From NCBI GenBank assembly GCA_964360965.1, contig CAYHYM010000006.1:12265-44264 (forward strand): DNA of 32,000 bases. The letters are read 5' to 3'. The position numbers were made by a program, and so were the translations under genes. The notes under the pieces were generated by a model, which ran no database searches, had not been told where the DNA came from, and saw only the letters and a list, made by a program, of their open reading frames with translations. The stretch comes from an uncultured Gammaproteobacteria bacterium (GTDB lineage: Bacteria > Patescibacteriota > Microgenomatia > Daviesbacterales > UBA10151). Numbering within the stretch: the stretch's first letter is position 1; each line of letters begins with the position of its first letter. This document shows, piece after piece, positions 1 to 8,517 of the stretch.

Positions 1-335
1 GTATGAAAACTGGACCATATTGGGATTGGGGTATTCCTACTGCCCTAGCTTTAATTCAAACTAGAAAAGCTACTAAATTACCTATAATTGCCACAGGTGG
101 TATAAGATCTGGCGAAGAGGTGGTTAAAGCATTGTCTCTAGGAGCTAACATTGCTGCAGCAGCTTTACCCATGCTTAGAACAGCTGCCAAAGATGAAGAG
201 GAAGTCTTCAATGAACTTCAAAGAATAGTCAGAGAGATTGGAGATATCATGTTTTTAGTGGGAGCAAAAGAAGTAAATGATCTTAAAAAGACTAAACCAA
301 TAATTACCAGAGTACTAAAAGAACTAACAGTATAA
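1..335 (+). CDS. fni: Type-2 isopentenyl-diphosphate delta-isomerase (IDI-2), C-terminal fragment; 5' end lies outside the window
   Basis: Frame is open from the window edge to TAA at 333-335. It carries an FMN/TIM-barrel C-terminal signature, PIIATGGIRSGEEVVKALSLGA. It lies 3 nt upstream of an isopentenyl phosphate kinase gene. Confidence 0.65.
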   Translation, partial: MKTGPYWDWGIPTALALIQTRKATKLPIIATGGIRSGEEVVKALSLGANIAAAALPMLRTAAKDEEEVFNELQRIVREIGDIMFLVGAKEVNDLKKTKPIITRVLKELTV

Positions 336-338
336 AAA

Positions 339-1139
339 ATGAAACTAATAATACTAAAACTAGGCGGTAGTATTCTTACTTTAAAACACAGGAACATCCC
401 CATTTTTAGAACCCGGATCGTTCACAGAATAATTAAAGAGATTAAAAGGGCACAAACTGAGAATAATTTTAAACTGATATTAATACACGGGACCGGGTCT
501 TTTGGTCATCCGGTAGCTAAATTTTATAATTTAAACAAAGGCCTACTATTTGATTCCACTGGCATGGGTTTATCAAAATCGAAGAGATTGGGTTACTTAT
601 TGAACGGGTTAATATGGCAAGTTCTTGAGCAAAATAATTTACCAGGAATTACCATTCCCCCATACTCAATTATTACTTCTATTAATGGACGAATAAGTTC
701 GATGAATTTACGGCCAATAAAAACAACTCTAGACATTAACAGGATCCCAATACTTTTTGGGGATGAGGTTATAGATCTTAAGAAGGGGTACTCTGTGTGT
801 TCAAGTGATCATATCTCTGCATATTTAGCACATAAACTAAAGCCAGATTTATTACTTTTCGCTTCAGACGTAGACGGCGTGTATGATCAAAATCCTAAAG
901 TTAACCCTGAGGCTGATAAGTTTTCAAATATAGAGCTCAAAAACATTAATCAACTCCAATCCCAAATTAAACCTTACAACTTATCCGATATTTCGGGAGA
1001 GATGGCAGGTAAATTACGATCTTTATGCGACTTTACCTTCTCTAGTAGAACCAGAATTAGGCTTTTTAGTGGCTTAACCCCTAATCAGGTTTATAAAGCA
1101 CTTAATAACCAACCAGTGGGAACACGCATCTCTTTCTAG
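339..1139 (+). CDS. ipk: Isopentenyl phosphate kinase (amino-acid-kinase fold)
   Basis: ATG at 339. Motifs ILKLGGSIL, LILIHGTGSFGHPVAKFY, SSDHISAYLAHKLKPDLLLFASDVDGVYD and a C-terminal FSG..NQVYKAL match the archaeal IPK pattern as I recall it for M. jannaschii. Confidence 0.8.
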   Translation: MKLIILKLGGSILTLKHRNIPIFRTRIVHRIIKEIKRAQTENNFKLILIHGTGSFGHPVAKFYNLNKGLLFDSTGMGLSKSKRLGYLLNGLIWQVLEQNNLPGITIPPYSIITSINGRISSMNLRPIKTTLDINRIPILFGDEVIDLKKGYSVCSSDHISAYLAHKLKPDLLLFASDVDGVYDQNPKVNPEADKFSNIELKNINQLQSQIKPYNLSDISGEMAGKLRSLCDFTFSSRTRIRLFSGLTPNQVYKALNNQPVGTRISF

Positions 1140-1141
1140 CC

Positions 1142-1918
1142 TTACCTGCCTAGTCTTTTTTCATAACCTTCAAATTGTTTAATTGTTTGAAGAAGTTTTT
1201 CTGGAGTTAAGTTAGGAAAAAGGTGAGGCAAAAATATCCAAGCAGAATTAGCAGTTTGCAGCGGCATGAAACCAGAGGTATGCGGTAGCTCATTTCTATC
1301 AACTCCTGTCCTAATGACTAAATCTACTGATGGTTGACCTGCTGTATCTAAAAAGTGGCCAATCCCCTTACTCTTATCTTGACCATTTAGCAGTAACTGC
1401 CTGACTGCCCTATCTATCTCATCTTTACCACCATAGTCTAGGGCTAAATTAAGATTATGTCTTTGAAAATGAGCAGTGGAGCGCTCTAAATCAGTAATCA
1501 CTTCAAGTAGATCTTTAGGTAACCTATCTTTGCGCCCTAGATGAATAAATCTAGCTCCAGCTTCATACAGCTCCTGCCTAAAATCAGCCCGTGATAAATG
1601 CTCCTTAGCTAAACCCATGACAAAACTAGATTGCTTACGATCTCTTCTCCAATTATCAGTGGACCAGACCCAAAAAGTTAGGGTGTGAATTCCCCAAACT
1701 CTGCCAGCTCTGGCAATACCCTTAATCACTTCTACCCCAGCCATATGCCCAAGGTATGGCAAAAGGTGCATGTTGTAAGCAGCTCTTCTATTTCCATCGC
1801 AGATAATAGCTACATGTCTAGTTTTTTGGGGATCAACTTCATATGAAGGGATTTCTGCTTTTTCCCAGGTTGAGGCGATATCATCTGCCCAACCTTGAGC
1901 TATTTCAACTCCATACAT
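1142..1918 (-). CDS. uppS: Undecaprenyl-diphosphate synthase (cis-prenyltransferase)
   Basis: ATG at 1918. HVAIICDGNRRAA matches the UppS HxAIIMDGNRRWA motif. The C-terminal RTGVDRNELPHTSGFMPLQ...FP matches the RTSGExRLSNFLLWQ-type region. Convergent with ipk across a 2-nt gap. Confidence 0.85.
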   Translation of the reverse strand: MYGVEIAQGWADDIASTWEKAEIPSYEVDPQKTRHVAIICDGNRRAAYNMHLLPYLGHMAGVEVIKGIARAGRVWGIHTLTFWVWSTDNWRRDRKQSSFVMGLAKEHLSRADFRQELYEAGARFIHLGRKDRLPKDLLEVITDLERSTAHFQRHNLNLALDYGGKDEIDRAVRQLLLNGQDKSKGIGHFLDTAGQPSVDLVIRTGVDRNELPHTSGFMPLQTANSAWIFLPHLFPNLTPEKLLQTIKQFEGYEKRLGR

Positions 1919-1932
1919 ATAAGCTGATTATA

Positions 1933-2688
1933 TTAGTGGGCTGCAGTTCCTTCAAGGGTGGAGATAGCTATAAAGACTACTAGGACGCCTAAAAGTAGCA
2001 ATACTGTTTCCCAAAAGGCCACTTTTTTATTATCTCTTGAGTGAATTTCCGGGATTAGATTGGCCAAAGCTATATAGATAAAAAAACCAGCAGTTATTGA
2101 TAACATAGCTGGTAATAAACCCTCAACAGAATCTTTATAAATGTAGGTCAAAATAGCTCCCAATAGAGCTGATAAAGCTGAAAAAAAATTAATCCACAAA
2201 ACCTTGCCCCTTTTAACACCTTTTGAAAGCATTAATCCAAAATCTGCAATTTCTTGAGGAATTTCGTGGGCGGCAACTGCAAAAGTCGTGACAATTCCCA
2301 AAGGTATACTTATTAAAAATGTGGCTGCAATTGCCACCCCGTCTATAAAGTTATGCAAAGTATCACCCACCACAATTAAAGGAACAATAGTTTTCTTCTC
2401 GCCGTAACTTTTGCTTTGATCATGATGATGTATGAACCTTTCAAGAATAAAGAAAATTAAAATTCCAACCAAAGTCCAAAGAAAAATATTGATTTCACTT
2501 GGCTCTTCAAAAGCCTCAGGTAGCAGGTCAAAAAAAGCTGTCCCCAGCAGTGCTCCGGCTGCAAATGAGGCCAAAAGATGAGAAATTTTGACCGCAAACT
2601 TCTCTTTCATCAGTAGAATAATTCCCCCAATTAAGGAAACAATGCTGCCTATAAAGGTAAACAAAATTATGTAAGCTAAAGTATCCAT
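1933..2688 (-). CDS. ZIP-family divalent metal transporter (ZupT-like)
   Basis: Polytopic membrane protein with a HHHDQ loop and the HEIPQEIADFG ZIP signature. I prefer the ATG at 2688 (MDTLAY...), 1 nt after the upstream stop. The longer track ORF begins at a TTG. Confidence 0.8.
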   Translation of the reverse strand: MDTLAYIILFTFIGSIVSLIGGIILLMKEKFAVKISHLLASFAAGALLGTAFFDLLPEAFEEPSEINIFLWTLVGILIFFILERFIHHHDQSKSYGEKKTIVPLIVVGDTLHNFIDGVAIAATFLISIPLGIVTTFAVAAHEIPQEIADFGLMLSKGVKRGKVLWINFFSALSALLGAILTYIYKDSVEGLLPAMLSITAGFFIYIALANLIPEIHSRDNKKVAFWETVLLLLGVLVVFIAISTLEGTAAH

Positions 2689-2689
2689 A

Positions 2690-3301
2690 TTACTCCATTG
2701 TACGCTCAGGGCCTTGATCTCTATATGTATCAATAAACTGTCCTATTCTGGCAGCATCTAATGAATCAAACTTATCCAAGTATGTCCAAGCTGTTAGGGC
2801 AAAATTGGTATCAAGATTTTGTCTGGGAACAACTATTAATTTTCTTTGACCTTTTTTCTCGTAAACTTGAGCCAGTTGATCTTTCCTTCCTTCACACTCG
2901 TCATTGCGAGGAGCCGCAGGCGACGTGGCCCGCTTCGCCGACTCAGCGAGGCGAGCAATCTCTTCATTTTCCGAGGAAGATTGCTTCCCCCTCGCTTCGC
3001 TCGGGGTCGCAATGACACATTTGTAACTCATGATAATATACCCATGCTCCAATGAATGAACTAAGTTTCTATCATCTTTGGGCTCATCATAAACTCCTGC
3101 CCGAATCCAGTCCTCATAATGTTTACCGGAAGTTGGAGGATTTGAATTATACTCAACTTGTTCCCCTATTGGTACATGTCCTCTGCCTAAATCATCCAGC
3201 TTGGTGCCAGGCAAAGGTTTTGAGGATTCAATAAACAGCCAAGCAAGAAAAACTACAACCAAGGCAGCTATCACCCCTGATATAACCCATTTGTTACCCA
3301 T
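2690..3301 (-). CDS. DUF3105-like membrane-anchored protein carrying a 39-codon repeat-element insertion
   Basis: N-terminal TM segment, then GHVP...YNSNPPTSGKHY...EHGYIIMSY typical of DUF3105. The ATG at 3301 overlaps the upstream stop (TAATG). Residues VIATPSEARG...APRND are encoded by the GC-rich element at 2900-3016. Confidence 0.6.
   Translation of the reverse strand: MGNKWVISGVIAALVVVFLAWLFIESSKPLPGTKLDDLGRGHVPIGEQVEYNSNPPTSGKHYEDWIRAGVYDEPKDDRNLVHSLEHGYIIMSYKCVIATPSEARGKQSSSENEEIARLAESAKRATSPAAPRNDECEGRKDQLAQVYEKKGQRKLIVVPRQNLDTNFALTAWTYLDKFDSLDAARIGQFIDTYRDQGPERTME
2900..3016. repeat. 117-bp GC-rich palindromic element (GTCATTGCGAG...TCGCAATGAC), in-frame inside the DUF3105 gene
   Basis: The terminal inverted repeats GTCATTGCGA / TCGCAATGAC match exactly. 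It is visibly GC-richer than its flanks. 117 bp equals 39 codons with no stop in the host frame. Confidence 0.75.
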
Positions 3302-4038
3302 TAGAAGATATTTTGTTGATTCTGGAAAACTAAATCATGATACTCCCAATACTTATTCTGGTCCCCGGCACATCTGGCTGCTTCTGCAGACTTTTGGGCT
3401 CCCGGGTGAATCTGGGGTAATGGAAAATCCCGATAGTAAAACTTTACTTTACCGGTATCTATATATTCCTTATTTAGTTGCTGTTCAGTTTGAGTAAAAT
3501 GCCTGGCGCAGAAAGGACACTGGTAATCAGAAAACTCCACCAAAGTCACTTTGGCAGAAGCCTTCCCCAGTGAAGGTAAATCACCATTTCCCACAGTTTC
3601 TCTTTGAACACTACCTGCTGCTGAACCAGAAAGTTCTTCTTCTATCACAGATTTAAATTGCTCAAAAGGAACTGCGCCGGAAATAAGCCTGCCATTGATA
3701 AAGAAGGCAGGAGTGCCATTAACCCCGGCTTTGGATCCCTCATCTAAATCAGCCTGAACTAAAGAGGCTTTATTACCTGAATCCAAACAAGAGTCAAATT
3801 TACCTTGATCTAATTTTAGTTGTCCTGCCAGACTCTTCAAGCCCTTAACAATGTCTGCTTCAGTCTTAGCTTGTTGAGGTGCAGCAGGTTGAGCAGCAGT
3901 AGGAGCAGCTTGTTGTGGTTGAGTTGGCTTACCCAGTTTGATAATCCCACCATGCATTAAAACAGCCACAGCCACCATCACAGATCCCAAAAGGATTGCA
4001 ACCTGGGTAGATTTTAAGGGATTTAGGGAATTTTGCAT
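3301..4038 (-). CDS. DsbA-family thiol:disulfide oxidoreductase with N-terminal TM anchor and Ala/Pro/Gln-rich linker
   Basis: ATG at 4038. CPFC redox motif (SDYQCPFCARH). GTPAFFINGRLISGAVPFEQF resembles the DsbA/thioredoxin_4 C-terminal region. Confidence 0.75.
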   Translation of the reverse strand: MQNSLNPLKSTQVAILLGSVMVAVAVLMHGGIIKLGKPTQPQQAAPTAAQPAAPQQAKTEADIVKGLKSLAGQLKLDQGKFDSCLDSGNKASLVQADLDEGSKAGVNGTPAFFINGRLISGAVPFEQFKSVIEEELSGSAAGSVQRETVGNGDLPSLGKASAKVTLVEFSDYQCPFCARHFTQTEQQLNKEYIDTGKVKFYYRDFPLPQIHPGAQKSAEAARCAGDQNKYWEYHDLVFQNQQNIF

Positions 4039-4052
4039 GTTGGCTTAGTTTA

Positions 4053-4646
4053 TCAATTGTACTGATTTTGTGCAACAGTCAAACCTTTTTCTAAAAGTAT
4101 CTGTAAAGCCTTTACTGCTTGCTTTAGCATATGTTTAACCTGCGATCTTTCTGAATGTATAAAAGGCCCTAAAACAAAATGTTCAGCATTAAAATGTATT
4201 GCTTTGTGCTCTCCGCTTTGAGACTTTAAATTGCCAATTCCAAGTCTGACTCTGATAAATTGATCAGACCCCAAAGCGCTGATTACGGATTCTACCCCAT
4301 GATGTCCTGCTGCTGCACCTCCCATTCTTACCTTAATTTTCCCCAAAGGCAAATCCAAATCATCATGAACCACAATTAGATTGGTAGGTGGCTCGCCTCG
4401 CGAAGCGGGTAGCCTGTAGTAGGTAGTAAGCAGTTTAACAGCTAGACCAGAATTATTCATGTAAGTTTGAGGACGAGCCAAAATTATCTCTTCTTTTTTT
4501 ACTATTTCCGACTTAAATTTCTCTTCCATTCCCCAATCTCCCCAATCACCCTTACTTCTAAATTCCTCCACTGCCAAAAACCCTAAATTATGTCTGACAC
4601 CTTCATATTTTTCCCCAGGATTTCCTAAACCAACTATTAATTTCAT
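4053..4646 (-). CDS. pth: Peptidyl-tRNA hydrolase
   Basis: MKLIVGLGNPGEKYEGVRHNLGF N-terminus, VVHDDLDLPLGKIKVR and GHHGVES motifs. ATGA overlap with the upstream gene. Confidence 0.9.
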   Translation of the reverse strand: MKLIVGLGNPGEKYEGVRHNLGFLAVEEFRSKGDWGDWGMEEKFKSEIVKKEEIILARPQTYMNNSGLAVKLLTTYYRLPASRGEPPTNLIVVHDDLDLPLGKIKVRMGGAAAGHHGVESVISALGSDQFIRVRLGIGNLKSQSGEHKAIHFNAEHFVLGPFIHSERSQVKHMLKQAVKALQILLEKGLTVAQNQYN

Positions 4647-5299
4647 GTTAACAATTTTACCACCTCTTCATCTAAAACAGGGTTAAATTCATTATAAAAC
4701 TGGCCAACTGCTTGAAAGTATTCCGGGGTCTCTAAAACCACCACTTCCCCAATCCGCCGGCTGGCGGACCCTAATTCCCTAACTACCCTATCTACAGCTT
4801 CTTTGCTTGCCACAGGTACAGCCAAAATTATCTTTTTAGCCATATGTCTTTTTAAATATCTAATAGCTGAAAGCATGGTGGCTCCGGTTGCTATCCCATC
4901 ATCAACTAAAATAACAGTTTTCCCCCTTACCAGCTTCACAAGGCCAGGCCTTGCGTGCCTATATTCTTTTTCTCTCCTTTTAATCTCCTCTAACTCCCTT
5001 AATACCCCTAATTTTAACTGCTCAGGCCCAATTCCAAGTTCACTTAACAATCCTTCTTCCCAAAACACCTCACCATCCGGGCCTACAGCTCCCAAAGCCA
5101 GTTCAGGCTGATTAGGGGCGCCAATTTTTCTGGTGACGACAATATCTAAAGGTAACCTAAGCTGGCTGGCCACTTCTTTGGCCACTGCCACCCCTCCTCT
5201 GGGAATACCTAAAACAATTGCATCCCCAACATTCCTAAACTCCCCAAGTCTTTGAGCCAGTAATTTTCCAGCTGCTTGTCTATCTTTGAATATCTTCAT
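4643..5299 (-). CDS. Predicted phosphoribosyltransferase (type I PRT fold)
   Basis: ATG at 5299. PRPP-binding loop VILVDDGIATGATM, and an N-terminal GIPRGGVAVA region. Confidence 0.7.
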   Translation of the reverse strand: MKIFKDRQAAGKLLAQRLGEFRNVGDAIVLGIPRGGVAVAKEVASQLRLPLDIVVTRKIGAPNQPELALGAVGPDGEVFWEEGLLSELGIGPEQLKLGVLRELEEIKRREKEYRHARPGLVKLVRGKTVILVDDGIATGATMLSAIRYLKRHMAKKIILAVPVASKEAVDRVVRELGSASRRIGEVVVLETPEYFQAVGQFYNEFNPVLDEEVVKLLT

Positions 5300-5351
5300 A
5301 ATATATCAGGAGCAGCGAAGTCACAATCCCACCCTGTGACGAGCTACGACC

Positions 5352-6740
5352 TTAATCAAAAAGCCCTAATTGTGGAGCTTCAACTTGCTCCTCTTTAGCC
5401 GGATCCACTCCATCCTGCCATATCTTCACCACTCCATAAACTCCATCATAGCCTGGGTCAATCACCAAATCTCCTAATCTTGCCTTTTCCACTCCTTCTG
5501 CTATTTTTGAGTCGGATATTTTTGTTATTTCAGAAGTTTCAATCTTAGTTAATATTTTTAGCTCATTTCCCAATATCTTTGTTAACTTTTTATACTCATT
5601 TAATACTTTTTGGCTTGTTACAGAGGACTTTAATGCTTCTGAAATAATTTGTAAAAAAGGCACCAACATTCTATATCCGGGCCTATTTGCCATTGTTTGG
5701 CTTTTTATTACCCCATTCTCCCTGATCACCCCCAACTCACTAACATCCCTAACTGCAATCTCCTCCACTCTTTCCATCACCCCCACAGTCAAACCCCGAC
5801 CGCATTTGGGGCAGGTAGCCCCTTTGGTTTTGGTATCCTCAGGAGAATATTTAATATTGCAATTTCTATGCCCGGTATAATGATACTTCCCTTCTTCAGG
5901 ATAAAACTCAATAGTTCCTGCCACCTTGTCATCCCCGCGTAGGCGGGGATCCAATTTCGAACTAGAGTTGTTTAATTGGATTCCTGCATTCGCAGGAATG
6001 ACGGTAGGGCTTTTAATTGCTCTATATAAACCATAATAGCTGAACTCTCCTTCTATGACTGTTGCCTCCCTACCCAAATTTGGTAAAGAATGAGCATCAG
6101 AAAAAGAAACAATAGATCTATTATCCAACTCCTTTATCCGCCAATTCATGGCCGGGTCGCTCGAGAGTCCTGTCTCAATTCCATAGATGTAATCTGTCAA
6201 ATCTTCAAAACAGTCTTCCAAAGAATCATACCCTGATTCTGAACCAAATATTCCAAACCAGGGAGTCCAGGCATGCGCCGGGATAAAAAGGGTCTTTTCA
6301 GATGCTTGCAAAGCTAAACTTAATAAATCTTTGGAAGAAATCCCCACAATCGGTCTTCCGTCAGAACCTAAAGTTGCCCTTCTTGATAAGAGGGCTTTTT
6401 GAAAAGCTTCAGCTGAAGCAAAATCAGGCATAAAAACCAGATTGTGAACTCTTCTTACTCTACCTTTATGAGAATAAATAGAGGCAATCTCCACAGTTAA
6501 AACAAACTTGACCTCACTTCCAGCCAAAGGCTGGTCGTCCTTTGGACGAAAAAACCCTGATCCATCTTCTTTAAGCTGGCTTTTAAGTTCTGCAAACCAG
6601 AGAGGGTGTAAAAAATCCCCTGTCCCCAAAAGATCAATTCCCTTCAGCTTTGCCCACTCTGCTAGGTTCGGAATATTCAATTGTGGCGAACATGCCCTGG
6701 AAAACCTGGAATGAATATGCAAATCAGCTACATATGCCAT
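5352..6740 (-). CDS. PHP-domain nuclease, Endonuclease Q-like (TIGR00375-type), with a 25-codon repeat-element insertion
   Basis: Preferred ATG at 6740 (MAYVADLHIHSRFSRACS), 1 nt after the ligase stop. PHP metal motifs DLHIHS and IPAHAWTPW are present. A C-terminal Zn-finger-like stretch reads KYHYTGHRNC...CPKCGRGLTVGVMERV. VIPANAGIQ...RLRGDD is encoded by the element at 5928-6002. Confidence 0.6.
   Translation of the reverse strand: MAYVADLHIHSRFSRACSPQLNIPNLAEWAKLKGIDLLGTGDFLHPLWFAELKSQLKEDGSGFFRPKDDQPLAGSEVKFVLTVEIASIYSHKGRVRRVHNLVFMPDFASAEAFQKALLSRRATLGSDGRPIVGISSKDLLSLALQASEKTLFIPAHAWTPWFGIFGSESGYDSLEDCFEDLTDYIYGIETGLSSDPAMNWRIKELDNRSIVSFSDAHSLPNLGREATVIEGEFSYYGLYRAIKSPTVIPANAGIQLNNSSSKLDPRLRGDDKVAGTIEFYPEEGKYHYTGHRNCNIKYSPEDTKTKGATCPKCGRGLTVGVMERVEEIAVRDVSELGVIRENGVIKSQTMANRPGYRMLVPFLQIISEALKSSVTSQKVLNEYKKLTKILGNELKILTKIETSEITKISDSKIAEGVEKARLGDLVIDPGYDGVYGVVKIWQDGVDPAKEEQVEAPQLGLFD
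5928..6002. repeat. 75-bp palindromic element, family A copy 1, in-frame in the EndoQ-like gene
   Basis: GTCATCCCCGCGTAGGCGGGGATCC...GGATTCCTGCATTCGCAGGAATGAC. It has two 8-bp-stem hairpins flanking a central spacer. 66 of 75 positions are identical to the copy at 15260-15334. Confidence 0.85.
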
Positions 6741-6741
6741 A

Positions 6742-8511
6742 TTATTTTTGGTATTGTTGATTATACATCTCAATTAACTCTTTAACTGTAGTGGCATCTT
6801 CAGCTTTTTTATCAGCCTCACGGAATTTAACTAAACGAGGAAACCTTAGGGCATATCCAGCCTGTCCTGAGCCTGCCGAAGGAGTTCTATCCATCCCGGC
6901 TGTATGATTTGGGGATCTGGTAATTTCATCTGCCAAAACTTCTATTACAATTTCCGGAGCTATCCAGACAGAAGGAACCAAGATAGCATTAACTCTGGCT
7001 GGTTTTTTATCTACCTTGATTTTGTCTGCTTTTTTGTGTACCTCCCTCCATTCCTCATCTGTTAAACCTGTGCCAATTTTAGACACTGTCACAAATTCAT
7101 CTTTTTTATCATCATAAACTCCTACCAATAGTGCCCCGGCACCAAAAGCAGACCTCTTTCCTTTTCCAAAAATATATCCTAAAATTACACAATCAATGGT
7201 ATCTTTTAACTCCCCGCTTGAATGTCTTTTCAGTTTTACCCAGTTAAAATTCCTGGCCCCTGCCTCATATTTGGAAGTGGGCCTTTTAACAATTAACCCC
7301 TCCAAACCTTTAGTGAGCGCATCATCAAAAAGTTCCTGTATTCTGTCTGATGAATCCGTAATCTCACCTACTTCTGGAATTAATACTTCATTACCCTTGA
7401 TTCTTGATTCTAAAAGCTTGATTCTCTCTCTTAATGGAGTATCCATTAAAGATTTACCATCCAAATACATCACATCAAATACAAAAGCTTTTAATGGAAG
7501 CTTTGCCGCCATTTCCTCAATTCCATATTTGCGACGCCTTTTAGTGGTCTCCTGAAAAGGTAAAAATTCTTCAGATACCGGATTAAAAGCCAGGGCTTCT
7601 GAATCTAAAATTGCAGTTTTTGCTTTTACTTGTGACAAAACTCCTTGGATAATATCCGGAAACATGGGGGTAGTTTCCTCTAAATTTCTGGAGAATAACC
7701 TAATTTTATCCCCGTCTTTGTGAATCTGTACTCTAAACCCGTCAAATTTTTGTTGCACATGAGCCTCCCAGCCAAATTTTTCCAGAATTGTTTTTGGATC
7801 CGGTAATCTTTCTGCCAATTGTGATCTGATGGGTCGACCTACAGTTACATCCAATCCCCGAACTCCCCGAATCCCCCGACTCCACAAAATTTCTCCAATC
7901 AAACCTAAATCAGAAACGCGGTTATAAGCAGCCTCAAGAATGGGTCGTTTGGCCCTGTCCCGAGCGAATACGAGGGCAAAAGCATCCAAAATTGTCGGGT
8001 CACCAATTCCCAATCTTGACACTCCCAAAGGAATCCTGACTAAATGCTTGGCACCTATTCCGTCTACTTTTTGTAAAAGTCCAGCCAAGCTGGATATTTT
8101 CTTTTCCACTGTTCCCTCCCCTGTGGTCTTTGCTATATTCCTAAGTGTTTCGAATACTTCATTTACTGTCATCCCGAATTTATTTCGGGATCTCTTTTGA
8201 GATTCTGAAACAAGTTCAGAATGACGTTCGGCTACCAATCCTAAATCCCCTATCCTTCCATATTCTTTGAGTACCTGCTCACGTTCTATTCCATAAGTTC
8301 TGGCCATGGCAGCTGCCACACTTTTCTCTGCCATGCCAATCTCTAATGGTTCATAAAATGGGGCCACCCTACCTTGTAGCAAATAACAAACCTTGGCTAT
8401 CTCATCAGACTTTACTTTAGAAAAAAGCTCAGCCAAAATATCAATCAGGACCAGTCTTGATGAGGTTCCTTCAAGTTTTTCAAAATACTCAGTCAGTTTT
8501 GCAAATAACAT
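6742..8511 (-). CDS. lig: ATP-dependent DNA ligase, archaeal/eukaryotic Lig1-like three-domain type
   Basis: Preferred ATG at 8511 (MLFAKLTEYFEKLEGTSSR), with AAGGAA 7 nt upstream. Adenylation motif I is QQKFDGFRVQIH (KxDG). Also present are EGLIVK, a WVKLK-type motif and a C-terminal LRFPRLVKFREADK. The track ORF starts earlier at a GTG. Confidence 0.9.
   Translation of the reverse strand: MLFAKLTEYFEKLEGTSSRLVLIDILAELFSKVKSDEIAKVCYLLQGRVAPFYEPLEIGMAEKSVAAAMARTYGIEREQVLKEYGRIGDLGLVAERHSELVSESQKRSRNKFGMTVNEVFETLRNIAKTTGEGTVEKKISSLAGLLQKVDGIGAKHLVRIPLGVSRLGIGDPTILDAFALVFARDRAKRPILEAAYNRVSDLGLIGEILWSRGIRGVRGLDVTVGRPIRSQLAERLPDPKTILEKFGWEAHVQQKFDGFRVQIHKDGDKIRLFSRNLEETTPMFPDIIQGVLSQVKAKTAILDSEALAFNPVSEEFLPFQETTKRRRKYGIEEMAAKLPLKAFVFDVMYLDGKSLMDTPLRERIKLLESRIKGNEVLIPEVGEITDSSDRIQELFDDALTKGLEGLIVKRPTSKYEAGARNFNWVKLKRHSSGELKDTIDCVILGYIFGKGKRSAFGAGALLVGVYDDKKDEFVTVSKIGTGLTDEEWREVHKKADKIKVDKKPARVNAILVPSVWIAPEIVIEVLADEITRSPNHTAGMDRTPSAGSGQAGYALRFPRLVKFREADKKAEDATTVKELIEMYNQQYQK
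8168..8225. repeat. ~58-bp palindromic element (GTCATCCCGAA...TTCAGAATGAC) inside the DNA ligase gene
   Basis: It has two hairpin arms (TCCCGAAATAAATTCGGGA-type and TTCTGAAACAAGTTCAGAA) and shares the GTCAT/ATGAC termini. It is read in a different phase from the other copies (ERHSELVSESQKRSRNKFGMT). Exact insertion boundaries are uncertain. Confidence 0.65.
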
Positions 8512-8517
8512 AAAGTT

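Noticed and set aside
2761-3055. Plus-strand ORFs of 84 and 69 aa (and a 60-aa minus-strand alternative frame) overlapping the DUF3105 gene, with Arg/Ser-rich products such as VIARSRRRRGPLRRLSEASNL
   Set aside because: They are reading frames opened by the GC-rich palindromic element at 2900-3016 on the antisense or alternative frame of a well-supported gene. They have no independent start context or motifs.
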